Part shown: piece after piece, positions 1 through 9,057 of the stretch | How positions within the stretch are numbered: the first letter of the stretch is position 1 | Layout of the letters: each line of letters begins with the position of its first letter | Virus record (IMG/VR): IMGVR_UViG_3300032285_004073 | Coordinates: 112,808 to 176,807 of that record | Length of the DNA stretch: 64,000 bases | Source: a virus | Reading direction: 5' to 3' (one strand) | The notes under the pieces: generated by a model | What the model was told of the DNA's origin: nothing | The model's input: only the letters and a program-made list of their open reading frames with translations | Databases searched by the model: none | Program-made: the position numbers and the translations under genes

Positions 1-2
1 TA

Positions 3-560
3 TATGCCCCTAAACAAAGAGTCTATGAAGCAATTAACACTCCAGCTCCTGGTGGTATAACACTTCCAGTAGTATCTGTTAATATAACTAATTTATCCAG
101 AGATAACTCTAGAGTTTTTAACAAATTAGAAGGATTTGCTATAGAAACTGGATCTCATTATAATAGATCTGGTGTATTACAGCATATACCGCAACCAGTA
201 CCGGTTAATATCGGAGTTAATATGACTATTGTCACAAAATTTCAATCAGACATGGATCAAATTATTAGCAATTTTGTTCCATACTGTGATCCTTATATTA
301 TTATCTCTTGGAAATTGCCATCCCCTTCTAAATCGACAGTTCCTTATGAATTAAGAACTGAAGTATTATGGAATGGAACCATCAATACGACTTATCCAAC
401 AGAATTAAATAATACACAAGCTCAAAGATTGGTAGCAGAAACTTCATTTACTATTAAAGGCTGGTTATTTAAGAATGTTAACGAAACAATAAATCGTATA
501 TATACTATAAATTCAGATTTTACTACAGATAATAATACTTCTATTTTTGATACTCTTTAA
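3..560 (+). CDS. gp15: Tail terminator/sheath stabiliser, T4 gp15-like (5' end lies outside the window)
   Basis: Frame is open from position 3 (YAPKQRVYEAI...TLPVVSVNITNLSRDNSR...PQPVPVNIGVNMTIVTKFQSDMDQIISNFVPY). Matches the gp15 YAPK...TLP...PVP..I...I.T....D..QI...I.PY pattern. The track ORF 222-560 is only the C-terminal part. Confidence 0.8.
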   Translation, partial: YAPKQRVYEAINTPAPGGITLPVVSVNITNLSRDNSRVFNKLEGFAIETGSHYNRSGVLQHIPQPVPVNIGVNMTIVTKFQSDMDQIISNFVPYCDPYIIISWKLPSPSKSTVPYELRTEVLWNGTINTTYPTELNNTQAQRLVAETSFTIKGWLFKNVNETINRIYTINSDFTTDNNTSIFDTL

Positions 561-569
561 TTTTAAGGA

Positions 570-575
570 TAAGTA
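570..575 (+). promoter_or_regulatory. Late-promoter-like TAAGTA
   Basis: TAA(A/G)TA motif 8 nt before the gp13 ATG; the same motif recurs before many structural genes. Confidence 0.5.
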
Positions 576-583
576 ATATTATA

Positions 584-1462
584 ATGGATCCAGTATTACC
601 TAATAGTTTTCACGGTTCTTCTACATTTGCACCTAAAATCACCACATATGATGCTTTAGCTCAAAGAGTAAGAAGATCTTTAGGAGAACCTTTAATTCAA
701 ATAGAAGTTAGTAGTGAGCAAATGTATGAAAACATAGATTATGCTTGCGAGTATTTTACTAAATTTGCAGGTACTACGGAAGAATTTTTAATTTTTAGAT
801 CAGATCTTTATGTCCCTGGAGTAGGACTTCCGGTAGGAAGATTAATGAATATTACTCCTCAATTATATAATTCAGCTAATCCAGATTCTGCCACCGCAAG
901 TGTAAGTGCTGGATGGGATATGGATAGAAATGCTTATAGACCAGTTGTTGATGTCTATTCATTCGCAGAGGGTAATAATACAGGTGTTAATACTTTGTTT
1001 ACTATAGAGCATACAATTGCTCAACAAGCATATTTTGGTCATCTTCTCGGTAATGTTGGTTATGATCTTATTACTTGGCAAGCTCTCAAAGGATGGTTGG
1101 ATACAAGAGACAAAGTTTTAGCCTTAACACCTTATATGCGTTTTGATCCTTATAATCAAGTATTAAAACTCATACCAGAACCACAAACACTTCCTCCTTA
1201 TTACGGATTAATTGGTTGTCATATGCAATTACCTATTAAAGACATTGTCAGCCAATTATGGGTTTATAGATATGTGTTAGCTTTGACTAAAATAAGTGTA
1301 GCTCATGTAAGAAGCAAATATGCCGGAACTAATATTTTTGGCGGACAAACAGTTAATGCTACAGATCTTTTCAGACAAGGAGAAAAGGAAAAAGACGAAT
1401 TAGAAGCAGAACTTAAGAAGGAAATGGTTGATACCTTGCCTCCTAAATTCTTTATTGGATAA
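584..1462 (+). CDS. gp13: Neck protein / head-tail adaptor, T4 gp13-like
   Basis: RRSLGEPLIQIEVSSEQMYENIDYACEYF resembles gp13 RRLGAP.I.VEVT..Q..D.I..A; C-terminal KYAGTNIFGGQTVNA..L...G.....E.....P..F.IG. Confidence 0.85.
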   Translation: MDPVLPNSFHGSSTFAPKITTYDALAQRVRRSLGEPLIQIEVSSEQMYENIDYACEYFTKFAGTTEEFLIFRSDLYVPGVGLPVGRLMNITPQLYNSANPDSATASVSAGWDMDRNAYRPVVDVYSFAEGNNTGVNTLFTIEHTIAQQAYFGHLLGNVGYDLITWQALKGWLDTRDKVLALTPYMRFDPYNQVLKLIPEPQTLPPYYGLIGCHMQLPIKDIVSQLWVYRYVLALTKISVAHVRSKYAGTNIFGGQTVNATDLFRQGEKEKDELEAELKKEMVDTLPPKFFIG

Positions 1463-1464
1463 TT

Positions 1465-1929
1465 TTGAAAATTCCAATTAAAAAGAAAAATAGAAAGTTT
1501 CTGCAAGGAACTTTTAATGCTCGTAATATAAACAAATACAAAGGTTCTTTACCTATTATATATAGAAGTTCTTTGGAACTAGCAGCTTTTCGTTGGATGG
1601 ATAATAACCCTAATGTAATTTCTTGGGGTTCAGAATCTGTGATTATACCTTATCAATCACCTTTAGATGGAAGAGTTCACAGGTATTTTGTTGATTTAGT
1701 TGCCTTGTTAAAAGATAAAGATGGAATTGATAAAAAACTTTTGATAGAAATTAAACCTTCTAAACAAACAGTCAAACCAATTGTTTCTGATCGCAAGAGT
1801 AATAAAACAATGATATATGAACAAACTCAATTTGTTCTTAATCAAGCCAAGTGGTCTGCAGCAGAGCAATGGGCTAAAAATAAAGGTTATATCTTTTTAA
1901 TTTTAACAGAAAAAGATTTAATTCAGTGA
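1465..1929 (+). CDS. gp4: Head completion nuclease, T4 gp4-like (TnsA-like fold)
   Basis: KYKG...IIYRSSLE...F.W.D.NPNV.SWGSE.V.IPY.SP.DG..HRYFVD...LIEIKP..QT; TTG start. Confidence 0.9.
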   Translation: MKIPIKKKNRKFLQGTFNARNINKYKGSLPIIYRSSLELAAFRWMDNNPNVISWGSESVIIPYQSPLDGRVHRYFVDLVALLKDKDGIDKKLLIEIKPSKQTVKPIVSDRKSNKTMIYEQTQFVLNQAKWSAAEQWAKNKGYIFLILTEKDLIQ

Positions 1930-1945
1930 TTGTGACGACTCGGAG

Positions 1946-1953
1946 TATAAATA
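1946..1953 (+). promoter_or_regulatory. T4-type late promoter TATAAATA
   Basis: Exact T4 gp55 consensus upstream of the prohead protease gene. Confidence 0.75.
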
Positions 1954-1969
1954 TTTCCAGTAAATTATT

Positions 1970-2644
1970 ATGAGTCAAAATGTTTATCGTCTTTTAGTAG
2001 AGGAACCCACCTATGAGGTCAAGTATCTTATAGAAGAAAAAAACAGAAACACTCCTTCCATCCTCCATATTGAAGGAGATTTCTTAATGGCCAATGAGCC
2101 TAATAGAAATAAAAGAGTTTATCCGTTAGAAGAAATGGCTAAAGAAGTTTCTCGTTATGAAAAAGATATGATTTTAAATAACAGGGCTACCGGTGAATTA
2201 AATCACCCTAATGAACCAGAAATTAATTTAGAGAGAGTTTGTCATATGGTGACCTCTCTTAGACAAGAGGGAAATATTTTTAAAGGTAAGTCTCGTGTGC
2301 TTTCCACACCTATGGGTCAAATAGTCCGTTCATTAATTATGGATGGTGTTAAACTCGGTGTTTCCAGTAGAGCTCTTGGGCGATTAGAGCCAGATGGCAA
2401 CGGCACCAATAGAGTTGCTGATTTTAAATTAGTTGCAGTCGATGTTGTAGCCGATCCTTCTGTACCATCTGCTTTTGTAAATGGTATTTTAGAATCCAAA
2501 CAATGGATTTTAGCCGATGATGGTAAATTTGCTCCTGTATATGATAAATTTGAAAAGAGCATATCATCTTTGCCTAAGAAACTCACAGATCAATACCTCA
2601 GAGAGCAAGTCATTAATTTTATTAATGCATTAAAAACTCTTTAA
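1970..2644 (+). CDS. gp21: Prohead core protease, T4 gp21-like
   Basis: NRNKRVYP, GELNHP, LGVSSRALG, DVVADPS motifs. Confidence 0.95.
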   Translation: MSQNVYRLLVEEPTYEVKYLIEEKNRNTPSILHIEGDFLMANEPNRNKRVYPLEEMAKEVSRYEKDMILNNRATGELNHPNEPEINLERVCHMVTSLRQEGNIFKGKSRVLSTPMGQIVRSLIMDGVKLGVSSRALGRLEPDGNGTNRVADFKLVAVDVVADPSVPSAFVNGILESKQWILADDGKFAPVYDKFEKSISSLPKKLTDQYLREQVINFINALKTL

Positions 2645-2661
2645 TTTACATTGTCTAAGGG

Positions 2662-2671
2662 TAAATAAATA
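2662..2671 (+). promoter_or_regulatory. Late promoter (overlapping TAAATA x2)
   Basis: TAAATAAATA ends 7 nt before ATG 2679. Confidence 0.55.
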
Positions 2672-2678
2672 ATATAAC

Positions 2679-2942
2679 ATGAGTATTCGTTCCATTATAT
2701 CAAAATTTGTAGCACAGATTTGTGAAAAAAATTACAAAGCTGCTAATTCTACTTTAGATCAAATAGTTTCCGAAAAAGTTACGGCTCGTATCAAAAAAAC
2801 AGCCGAAACACAAAAAGCCAAAAAACAGAAAAAAATTGGCAAAGTAATCGAAAAAGAAGTTAAGAAAGGTCATCCTGTAAAGCAAGCTGCTGCCATTGCT
2901 TACAAAAAAACAGAAAAAAAGGCCCCTAAGAAGAGTAAGTAA
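2679..2942 (+). CDS. Small basic prohead-associated protein
   Basis: Lies between gp21 and gp22; helical N-terminus; Lys-rich C-terminus with KKGHPVKQAAAIAYK. Confidence 0.65.
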   Translation: MSIRSIISKFVAQICEKNYKAANSTLDQIVSEKVTARIKKTAETQKAKKQKKIGKVIEKEVKKGHPVKQAAAIAYKKTEKKAPKKSK

Positions 2943-2959
2943 TTGCACAATTAAATTAT

Positions 2960-3838
2960 ATGGATCTCTCATCTATTCTCAAAAATATCGACAGTAATGT
3001 TTTAAATGAAGAAACAGCCACAGCTATTGCCGAGGCGTTTAAAAGTGCAGTTGATGAAAAAGTCAATAATAGAGTAACTCTTGAACTTGAAAGTGCTCTT
3101 AGCAAACAAGATGAAGAGCATGCCACAAAATTAGAAAATCTTTTAGAAGCCATTGACACTGATCATTCAGCTAAATTAGAAACAGTTGTTAATGCTATTA
3201 ATGAAAATCATACAGCCAAGTTAGAAAAGCTTGTTGAATATTACCGCAAGGCTCTTAATGAGAAAGCAGAAAACTTCAGCAACAAGGTTGTAGAAGAGCT
3301 TAGTAACTTTATCGATCTTTATATAGATAAAGCCATTCCTCAAACCCAATTAGAAGAAGCTGTTGCTAATACAACAGCTCGTCAACAGCTCGAGCAAATC
3401 AAAAACATTTTAGCCTTTGATCCATCTCACTTAAATGAAGATGTTAAAAAGATTATCACCCAAGGTAAAAACAAAGTTGATGAATTACAAAATCAATTAA
3501 ATGAATCTTATAGGGAAAATTTAACCCTTAAAGAACATCTTATCCATACACAATCAGCCCTTCTCTTAGAGGAGAAAACTAAGGGCATGCGTACAGCTAA
3601 AAAGAATTTTATTACAAAAATATTGAGCGACAAGTCACCTGAGTATATTTCAGAGAACTTAAATTATGTCGTTGAGATGTTCGAGAGAGAAGAGAAGGAA
3701 ACTTCAGCTTCCCTTGTAGAAGAAGCAAAAGAAGCTTCCTTATCCAAGGGTGTTAAAGTACCTGCCGCTGTAATTTCTGAGAAAAAAGAAATTGACAGTC
3801 CAGTCTCCGGATATCTTACAGCTTTAAAGTCGGTCTAA
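2960..3838 (+). CDS. gp22: Prohead scaffolding protein, T4 gp22-like
   Basis: Acidic coiled coil, FKSAVDEKV..., immediately upstream of the major capsid gene. Confidence 0.85.
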   Translation: MDLSSILKNIDSNVLNEETATAIAEAFKSAVDEKVNNRVTLELESALSKQDEEHATKLENLLEAIDTDHSAKLETVVNAINENHTAKLEKLVEYYRKALNEKAENFSNKVVEELSNFIDLYIDKAIPQTQLEEAVANTTARQQLEQIKNILAFDPSHLNEDVKKIITQGKNKVDELQNQLNESYRENLTLKEHLIHTQSALLLEEKTKGMRTAKKNFITKILSDKSPEYISENLNYVVEMFEREEKETSASLVEEAKEASLSKGVKVPAAVISEKKEIDSPVSGYLTALKSV

Positions 3839-3895
3839 GGCCGCTTTTATACGTTGGAGAAGAGCAATTAAGCACTTCCCGAATTCTATTCAAAT

Positions 3896-3900
3896 AGGAG
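3896..3900 (+). promoter_or_regulatory. Shine-Dalgarno AGGAG of the major capsid gene
   Basis: 8 nt before ATG 3909; one of very few clear SD sites in the window. Confidence 0.6.
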
Positions 3901-3908
3901 AACTATAT

Positions 3909-5387
3909 ATGAACAATGTCAAACCAGCCCCTGGTTTCATCGATCGCTCTCGCGCCACTCAACTCTTAGAGAAGTGGGCCCCTGTTCTTGATTATTCAAG
4001 TGACAAGGTTTCCCCAATCCAAGATGAGCATGCCCGTCTTTCAACAGCAATGTTGATGGAAAACCAAGAGCGTTGGTGCTTAGAGGAAGGTAGTGCTAAT
4101 TCTTATGGTGGCAGTGCCTTTGGCTCTGTCCCAGCAGGAGCTAACATCTACAATCCAGCTAATACCCAATATGCTTCTAGTGATAATTATGCGCAGAATG
4201 ATGCTCGCTTACCAAAGGTATTAATCCCAATGGTTCGCCGTACATTCCCAGAACTTATCACTAATGAGATCGTCGGTGTACAACCAATGAGTGGCCCAGT
4301 CGGACTTGCGTTCGCATTACGTTATCGCTATGAGGCAGATAGTTTAGGCTCAACGGGAGTTGATGGCTGGACCAGTGGTGTTTCACAAACCAGCAACACA
4401 GGCATCAGTCGTACAGGTGCAAACCCAACGACAGATGGCTCAGAACTTGGCTATAACTATCTTGATACTCGCTTTACTGGTACTTCAGCTGCCGCCCTTA
4501 CAGGTAACACGGATTTTTACTTCCCTGATTCCGATAAAGGTGTCGCTGCATTACTCAGTCAATTCGAGTTATCTGGAAACATTCCACAGGTCACTGTAGA
4601 GTTCAGTAAGACAGCAGTTGAAGCCGGCACACGCCGTCTCGCAGCTCGCTGGTCTGTTGAGCTCGAGCAGGATCTTAAGAACATGAACGGTCTCGATATC
4701 GACTCTGAATTAACAAATGCCATGAGCTATGAAATTCAAGCCGAAATCGATCGTGAAATGGTCATCAGAATGATCCAGACCTGTCTCAATGCCGGTTCTA
4801 CAAATGGATATAGCTTCTGGTACGCTGCTTCAGCCGACGCTCGTTGGCTCGGAGAGCGTAATCGTGACTTCTACAGCAAGGTAATCGTACAAGCCAATCG
4901 TATTGCTATCCGCAATCGTCGTGGTAGCGCTAATTTCATTATCGCTACACCTAAGGTTTGTGCTATCCTTGAGATGTTACCCGAGTTCCAGTGGATGCCT
5001 GTAAATGGCAACATCAACACCCAACCAACTGGCATTGCCAAGGTTGGCACACTTGGTGGCCGTTTCAACGTCTACCGTGATACTCGTACAGATGCTCAAT
5101 TCCTCGCAGGACAACGCAGTGCAGCTCAAGCTATTGACTATGCCCTCTTAGGCTACAAAGGCACAGAGTACTACGATACAGGTATCGTATACTGCCCATA
5201 TATCCCTGTCATGATTCAACGTACAATCGGGCCTAATGACTTCTCACCTCGCGTGGGACTCATGACCCGTTACGGTGTCGTAGATTATATCTTCGGTGCT
5301 AGCTTGTACTATCACGTAATCATCGTTAGCGGATTGGGTACCTCTTTTGCCGGCGGAGCCAATGGCCAGAGTACAATTTACATCTAA
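3909..5387 (+). CDS. gp23: Major capsid protein, T4 gp23-like
   Basis: LLEKWAP.L, ENQE, LIPMVRRTFPELI..EIVGVQPMSGP.GL.FALR, W..EL.QDL, EI.AEIDRE, YCPYIP, F.PR.G.MTRYG. Confidence 0.98.
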   Translation: MNNVKPAPGFIDRSRATQLLEKWAPVLDYSSDKVSPIQDEHARLSTAMLMENQERWCLEEGSANSYGGSAFGSVPAGANIYNPANTQYASSDNYAQNDARLPKVLIPMVRRTFPELITNEIVGVQPMSGPVGLAFALRYRYEADSLGSTGVDGWTSGVSQTSNTGISRTGANPTTDGSELGYNYLDTRFTGTSAAALTGNTDFYFPDSDKGVAALLSQFELSGNIPQVTVEFSKTAVEAGTRRLAARWSVELEQDLKNMNGLDIDSELTNAMSYEIQAEIDREMVIRMIQTCLNAGSTNGYSFWYAASADARWLGERNRDFYSKVIVQANRIAIRNRRGSANFIIATPKVCAILEMLPEFQWMPVNGNINTQPTGIAKVGTLGGRFNVYRDTRTDAQFLAGQRSAAQAIDYALLGYKGTEYYDTGIVYCPYIPVMIQRTIGPNDFSPRVGLMTRYGVVDYIFGASLYYHVIIVSGLGTSFAGGANGQSTIYI

Positions 5388-5413
5388 TCTTTAGTTGTAA
5401 ATTGTTAAAAGAT

Positions 5414-5450
5414 TTGCCTACCTTGATTGCTCGGGGTAGGCAATTTTTTT
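5414..5450 (+). terminator. Rho-independent terminator after gp23
   Basis: TTGCCTACCTTGA-TTGC-TCGGGGTAGGCAA stem (two G-U pairs) followed by a T run. Confidence 0.9.
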
Positions 5451-5452
5451 GC

Positions 5453-5481
5453 TTGTATTTTCCTTTACTATATATTAATAT
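5453..5481 (+). promoter_or_regulatory. Sigma70-type promoter, probably leaderless transcript
   Basis: TTGTAT-N17-TAATAT, ATG 6 nt downstream. Confidence 0.55.
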
Positions 5482-5487
5482 ATTTGT

Positions 5488-6033
5488 ATGAAATATGCTT
5501 TAACAGGATCTCATGGAGTAGGTAAGACTACTATTATTAATGAGCTATATGATTATCTAGAAGAATCTAAGATTAAACCTATTATTAATAGCAGTAATGC
5601 TCGTAAGATTGCTTTGTCTGGAAGAACAATTAATGATACAGGAGATGATATTGTTCAAATGATTGTTGAATGTAGTCATGTTAGTAAATTCTGTGAGGAT
5701 AATTGGTTTGCAGATCGAAGTGTTTTAGATGGTTATGCATATACGAAATATCTTCATGCTACTGGAAAGGTATCAGATGAAGTAATGAATGTAGTAGGTA
5801 AGCTTATGTCTACATTTGTTAAGCTTTATGATAATATCTTTTATATTCCAGTGGAGTTTGATATGATTAAAGATGGTGTTAGAAAAGAAGATTCTAAATT
5901 TCAAAAGAATATTGATAATATTATTTTTAATACGATGTATGATAATAATGTTCATTTTAATACTATTAGAGGTTCTGTGACAGAAAGAGTGGAAAAGATT
6001 AAGAGTATTATTCACCCTCACTTTGACTTCTAA
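5488..6033 (+). CDS. P-loop nucleotide kinase (AAA_28/NadR-like)
   Basis: GSHGVGKTT Walker A, DRSVLD, YD..FY.P.EF....DGVR. Confidence 0.8.
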   Translation: MKYALTGSHGVGKTTIINELYDYLEESKIKPIINSSNARKIALSGRTINDTGDDIVQMIVECSHVSKFCEDNWFADRSVLDGYAYTKYLHATGKVSDEVMNVVGKLMSTFVKLYDNIFYIPVEFDMIKDGVRKEDSKFQKNIDNIIFNTMYDNNVHFNTIRGSVTERVEKIKSIIHPHFDF

Positions 6034-6045
6034 GCCTTAAAAATT

Positions 6046-6501
6046 ATTCAAACTTTCGTCCCATACCCTGATTTTGTAGAGTCTGTTAAGTGCCTAGACA
6101 TGAGACGTCTAGGGAAACAAAGAGCTGAAGTATACGGATTGCTTCGGTCTTTTGAAATGGATCCAGAACAAGACAAGAAGCTTGGATTTAGAGATCCTAA
6201 TAAATGGATGTGGTGGGGTCATTTCAATCAATTGATTGATTATGGTATTGCCGCTTGTGATGAATGGATCTCTCGAGGATATAAAGATACCTGTAGAGAG
6301 AAGATAGCAGCTTACAGAGATGTTTTTTCAAAGAATAATGAACTTCCTTTTTGGTTTGGTAATGCCAAAGTGCATTATTCACATCAATGTGTTTTGTTGA
6401 AAAAGGATCCGGAACATTATAGTAAACATTTTCCCTTTGCAGACCCTAATCAAGGTTATATTTGGCCAGACTGCAGACATAACTTCTATTGGTATAAGTA
6501 A
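6046..6501 (+). CDS. Pyrimidine-dimer DNA glycosylase (DenV/MSMEG_6728-like); start probably ATT at 6046
   Basis: IQTFVPYPDF.ES...LD.RRLGKQR.E...MW.G...L..YG.A.C.EW..RG..D; P.W.G....H.SH...LL.KDPEHY. Confidence 0.85.
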   Translation: MQTFVPYPDFVESVKCLDMRRLGKQRAEVYGLLRSFEMDPEQDKKLGFRDPNKWMWWGHFNQLIDYGIAACDEWISRGYKDTCREKIAAYRDVFSKNNELPFWFGNAKVHYSHQCVLLKKDPEHYSKHFPFADPNQGYIWPDCRHNFYWYK

Positions 6502-6507
6502 TAGACA

Positions 6508-6957
6508 ATGGATTTTAAGAGTTATTATAATTTGAATGAAAATGTAAACAAATTTGATATTAATTGGCAAATAGTTCGCACTGATGCCAGAGATATTAAA
6601 GACGTATCAGAAAAAATTTCTTTTGTTATGAAATTTTTAAATGGTCATCCTACAAAAGAAAACTACGGAAGAGTTCATAATTGGCTCCGAATGACTAAAC
6701 TTGGTTATAAATCAGAACCAGAAAAAGCTCAAGAATTTGAACACGCTCTGGATCACATAGAAAACAATAAAGAAAAATATTCCTCACAAGAGGAACAAGG
6801 TGATATATCTTCTATTGATACTTCAAAACTTTTAAAAGTTTATAAAGATTTAAAGAAAAGAAAATATGGATTTCAGATTAAAACAGTACCCAAAGCACAT
6901 ACAGATTTTCTTCTAAAATTAGAAGATGAACTTAAAAAAAGAAAAATTAATCTTTAA
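6508..6957 (+). CDS. Hypothetical late protein, possible capsid-internal protein
   Basis: TAAGTA at 6495-6500; N-terminus MDFKSYYNLNE resembles T4 capsid-targeting/gp21-cleaved leaders. Confidence 0.6.
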   Translation: MDFKSYYNLNENVNKFDINWQIVRTDARDIKDVSEKISFVMKFLNGHPTKENYGRVHNWLRMTKLGYKSEPEKAQEFEHALDHIENNKEKYSSQEEQGDISSIDTSKLLKVYKDLKKRKYGFQIKTVPKAHTDFLLKLEDELKKRKINL

Positions 6958-6968
6958 TATTATTTCTG

Positions 6969-7448
6969 TCATAATTGAGGATCTGTACCCTCAATTAGTT
7001 CTATCTTTTCTCTTTTAGACGTTTTGTCATATAATTTAGACATTACTTCGTCTCGAGTTGCTATTAATACGTTGGTAGTAGCCGGTTTAAGACTTTTAAC
7101 AGCAGTAACTTCCATCTGTTTAAGTTCTTTATCACTTTTAATTTGTTTATTCTGAAGATTAATTTTATTTAAGCTATCTAAAGCCTTGGTAGTAGCATTA
7201 ATTAAAGATGCTAGCGCAGCAATTTCTTGAGGATTTTGTCCTGTAATGACGATGTCTTTCAAAGAATTGACCGCATCTAACCCAGCTTCTATATTTTCTG
7301 TAGTCTTTTTAAGAATATATTCATTAACATTATCATCAGTAACCTGTTCTTGTGGAACTATTTCTCTGCTTTGTATGTGTGGAGTGCTTGGTATAGAATC
7401 TGCTCTTAACTGCTCTACAATAGCATCTATTTCATTATTAGAATCCAT
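6969..7448 (-). CDS. Probable terminase small subunit, T4 gp16-like
   Basis: Size, helical core (EIAALASLINATTKALDSL) and C-terminal TNVLIATRDEVMSKL fit the gp16 pattern (EV...L......L....N.L.V.ST.EL...L). Confidence 0.6.
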   Translation of the reverse strand: MDSNNEIDAIVEQLRADSIPSTPHIQSREIVPQEQVTDDNVNEYILKKTTENIEAGLDAVNSLKDIVITGQNPQEIAALASLINATTKALDSLNKINLQNKQIKSDKELKQMEVTAVKSLKPATTNVLIATRDEVMSKLYDKTSKREKIELIEGTDPQL

Positions 7449-7449
7449 G

Positions 7450-7477
7450 TTGATTTATTATACACTTATATTAAAAT
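7450..7477 (+). promoter_or_regulatory. Sigma70-type promoter, probably leaderless transcript
   Basis: TTGATT-N16-TAAAAT, ATG 6 nt downstream at 7484. Confidence 0.55.
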
Positions 7478-7483
7478 ATAGCA

Positions 7484-7660
7484 ATGACAACGAAAATACT
7501 TATTGAAAACGGTGGAGAATTTCATATTCCCCATGAAAAAGTTGCAGAATTGATTAATTGGTTAAATCACGCTCAGGCAATTCGCACGACACCAAAAACA
7601 GAGCAAGTCAAAGAAATTATTAACAATCAATTTACTGGAAAAGAATTGATTAATGGTTAA
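7484..7660 (+). CDS. Small hypothetical protein, 58 aa (not in the ORF track)
   Basis: MTTKILIENGGEFHIPHEKVAELINWLNHAQAIRTTPKTEQVKEIINNQFTGKELING; fills the gap between the promoter and dUTPase. Confidence 0.7.
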   Translation: MTTKILIENGGEFHIPHEKVAELINWLNHAQAIRTTPKTEQVKEIINNQFTGKELING

Positions 7661-7669
7661 AATACCTTT

Positions 7670-8119
7670 ATGGACGAATTTAAAATAGAACCGATAAAGA
7701 TACACTTTATCAAAACACATCCCGATGCAGTTCTTCCTTCCAAGAAGAATGTTAACGATACGGGATATGATCTTACAGCAGTTGAAAATGTTACCATTCC
7801 AGCTAAGGGTGCAGCTGTAGTTCCTACAGGATTACAAGTAGCAAAGACGGAAAGAGGTTTATGGTATTTAATTTTACCAAGATCTGGTATGGGATTCAAA
7901 CATAGCATTCAACCGCATTTAGGTGTTATTGATAATGGATATAGAGGAGATTTAGCAGTAAAGCTTTATAACTTTTCAGACATTGATTATAATGTTAATA
8001 AAGGAGATCGCATAGCGCAGATAGCTTATTTTCCTTTATTGTGTATTGAATCATTTTGGGCTACAGAAACAGAAACAACAGATCGCGGAGATAACGGATT
8101 CGGCAGCTCAGGAAATTGA
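7670..8119 (+). CDS. dut: Trimeric dUTPase
   Basis: GYDL, PRSG, GVIDNGYRG, RIAQ, RG..GFGSSG motifs. Confidence 0.95.
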   Translation: MDEFKIEPIKIHFIKTHPDAVLPSKKNVNDTGYDLTAVENVTIPAKGAAVVPTGLQVAKTERGLWYLILPRSGMGFKHSIQPHLGVIDNGYRGDLAVKLYNFSDIDYNVNKGDRIAQIAYFPLLCIESFWATETETTDRGDNGFGSSGN

Positions 8120-9057
8120 TGACAAATCATTACGAAAAACTTTGGGTTGAGAAATATCGTCCTAAAACATTAAAGGATATTATTCTCTCAGAAGAGAATA
8201 GAAAGCATTTTGAAACCCTCGGAGAAGATACTCCTAATATTCTTTTCCACGGTTCGCCAGGAACTGGCAAAAGTACTTTAGCAAAAATTATTGTTAATGA
8301 CATTCTTAAATGCCAATATCTTTATATTAATGCTTCGGATGAAAGTGGAATTGATACTATTAGAAACAAAGTCATTAGTTTTGCCCAGACACGTTCAGTA
8401 GATGGTAAGAAAAAAGTAGTAATATTAGAAGAAGCAGATGGTCTTACAGGAGATGCATTACGCATTCTTCGCAATGTTATGGAAGAATATGTCGACACTA
8501 CTCGTTTTATTCTTACAGCTAATTATCTTAATAAGATAATAGAACCTATTAGATCCCGTTGTTTGCTTTTCAAATTACAACCCGATGTTTTAGACTGCGT
8601 ATCAAGAGTAGTTGATATTATCAAAGCAGAAAATATAACACTAGACGCTAGTGTTAAGTCTAAATTAGTAGAATGGACAAGTAATAGATATCCAGATCTT
8701 AGAAGAATTATTAATGATCTTCAAAAATGTTCCGTCACAGGAACCTTAACATTCTCAGAAGAAAATTTAGTGTCAGATCTCGCTGGGTTTATTATAAAGG
8801 GATTGACAACTGCTAAGATATCAGCTTTAGATCTCAGGAAGAAAGTTATTGAATCTGAAAAAACGTTTAATAATGATTACCAAACACTTTTAAAACAAAT
8901 ATTTGATTATATCTATGATTCTGATTTACCAGAGAAGGAAAAGAAAATACTCCTCGTAGACACTGGAGAATATCTTTATAGAGATAACTTTGTTCTAGAC
9001 CATGAAATTAATTTCTTTTGTTGTCTTCTTGCTATGGAAGCTTCTTTAAGAAATTAA
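8116..9057 (+). CDS. gp44: Sliding clamp loader ATPase subunit, T4 gp44/RFC-like
   Basis: WVEKYRP, GSPGTGKST, NASDESGIDTIR, (E)EAD, SRC motifs. Confidence 0.95.
   Translation: MMTNHYEKLWVEKYRPKTLKDIILSEENRKHFETLGEDTPNILFHGSPGTGKSTLAKIIVNDILKCQYLYINASDESGIDTIRNKVISFAQTRSVDGKKKVVILEEADGLTGDALRILRNVMEEYVDTTRFILTANYLNKIIEPIRSRCLLFKLQPDVLDCVSRVVDIIKAENITLDASVKSKLVEWTSNRYPDLRRIINDLQKCSVTGTLTFSEENLVSDLAGFIIKGLTTAKISALDLRKKVIESEKTFNNDYQTLLKQIFDYIYDSDLPEKEKKILLVDTGEYLYRDNFVLDHEINFFCCLLAMEASLRN

Noticed and set aside
1465-1929. TnsA transposase or homing endonuclease
   Set aside because: Motifs and position fit T4 gp4 head completion nuclease; no transposon ends or partner genes.
8116-9057. Intein or inactivation in the clamp loader (EEAD instead of DEAD)
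   Set aside because: Length is normal with no splicing motifs; a conservative D-to-E change with all other motifs intact.
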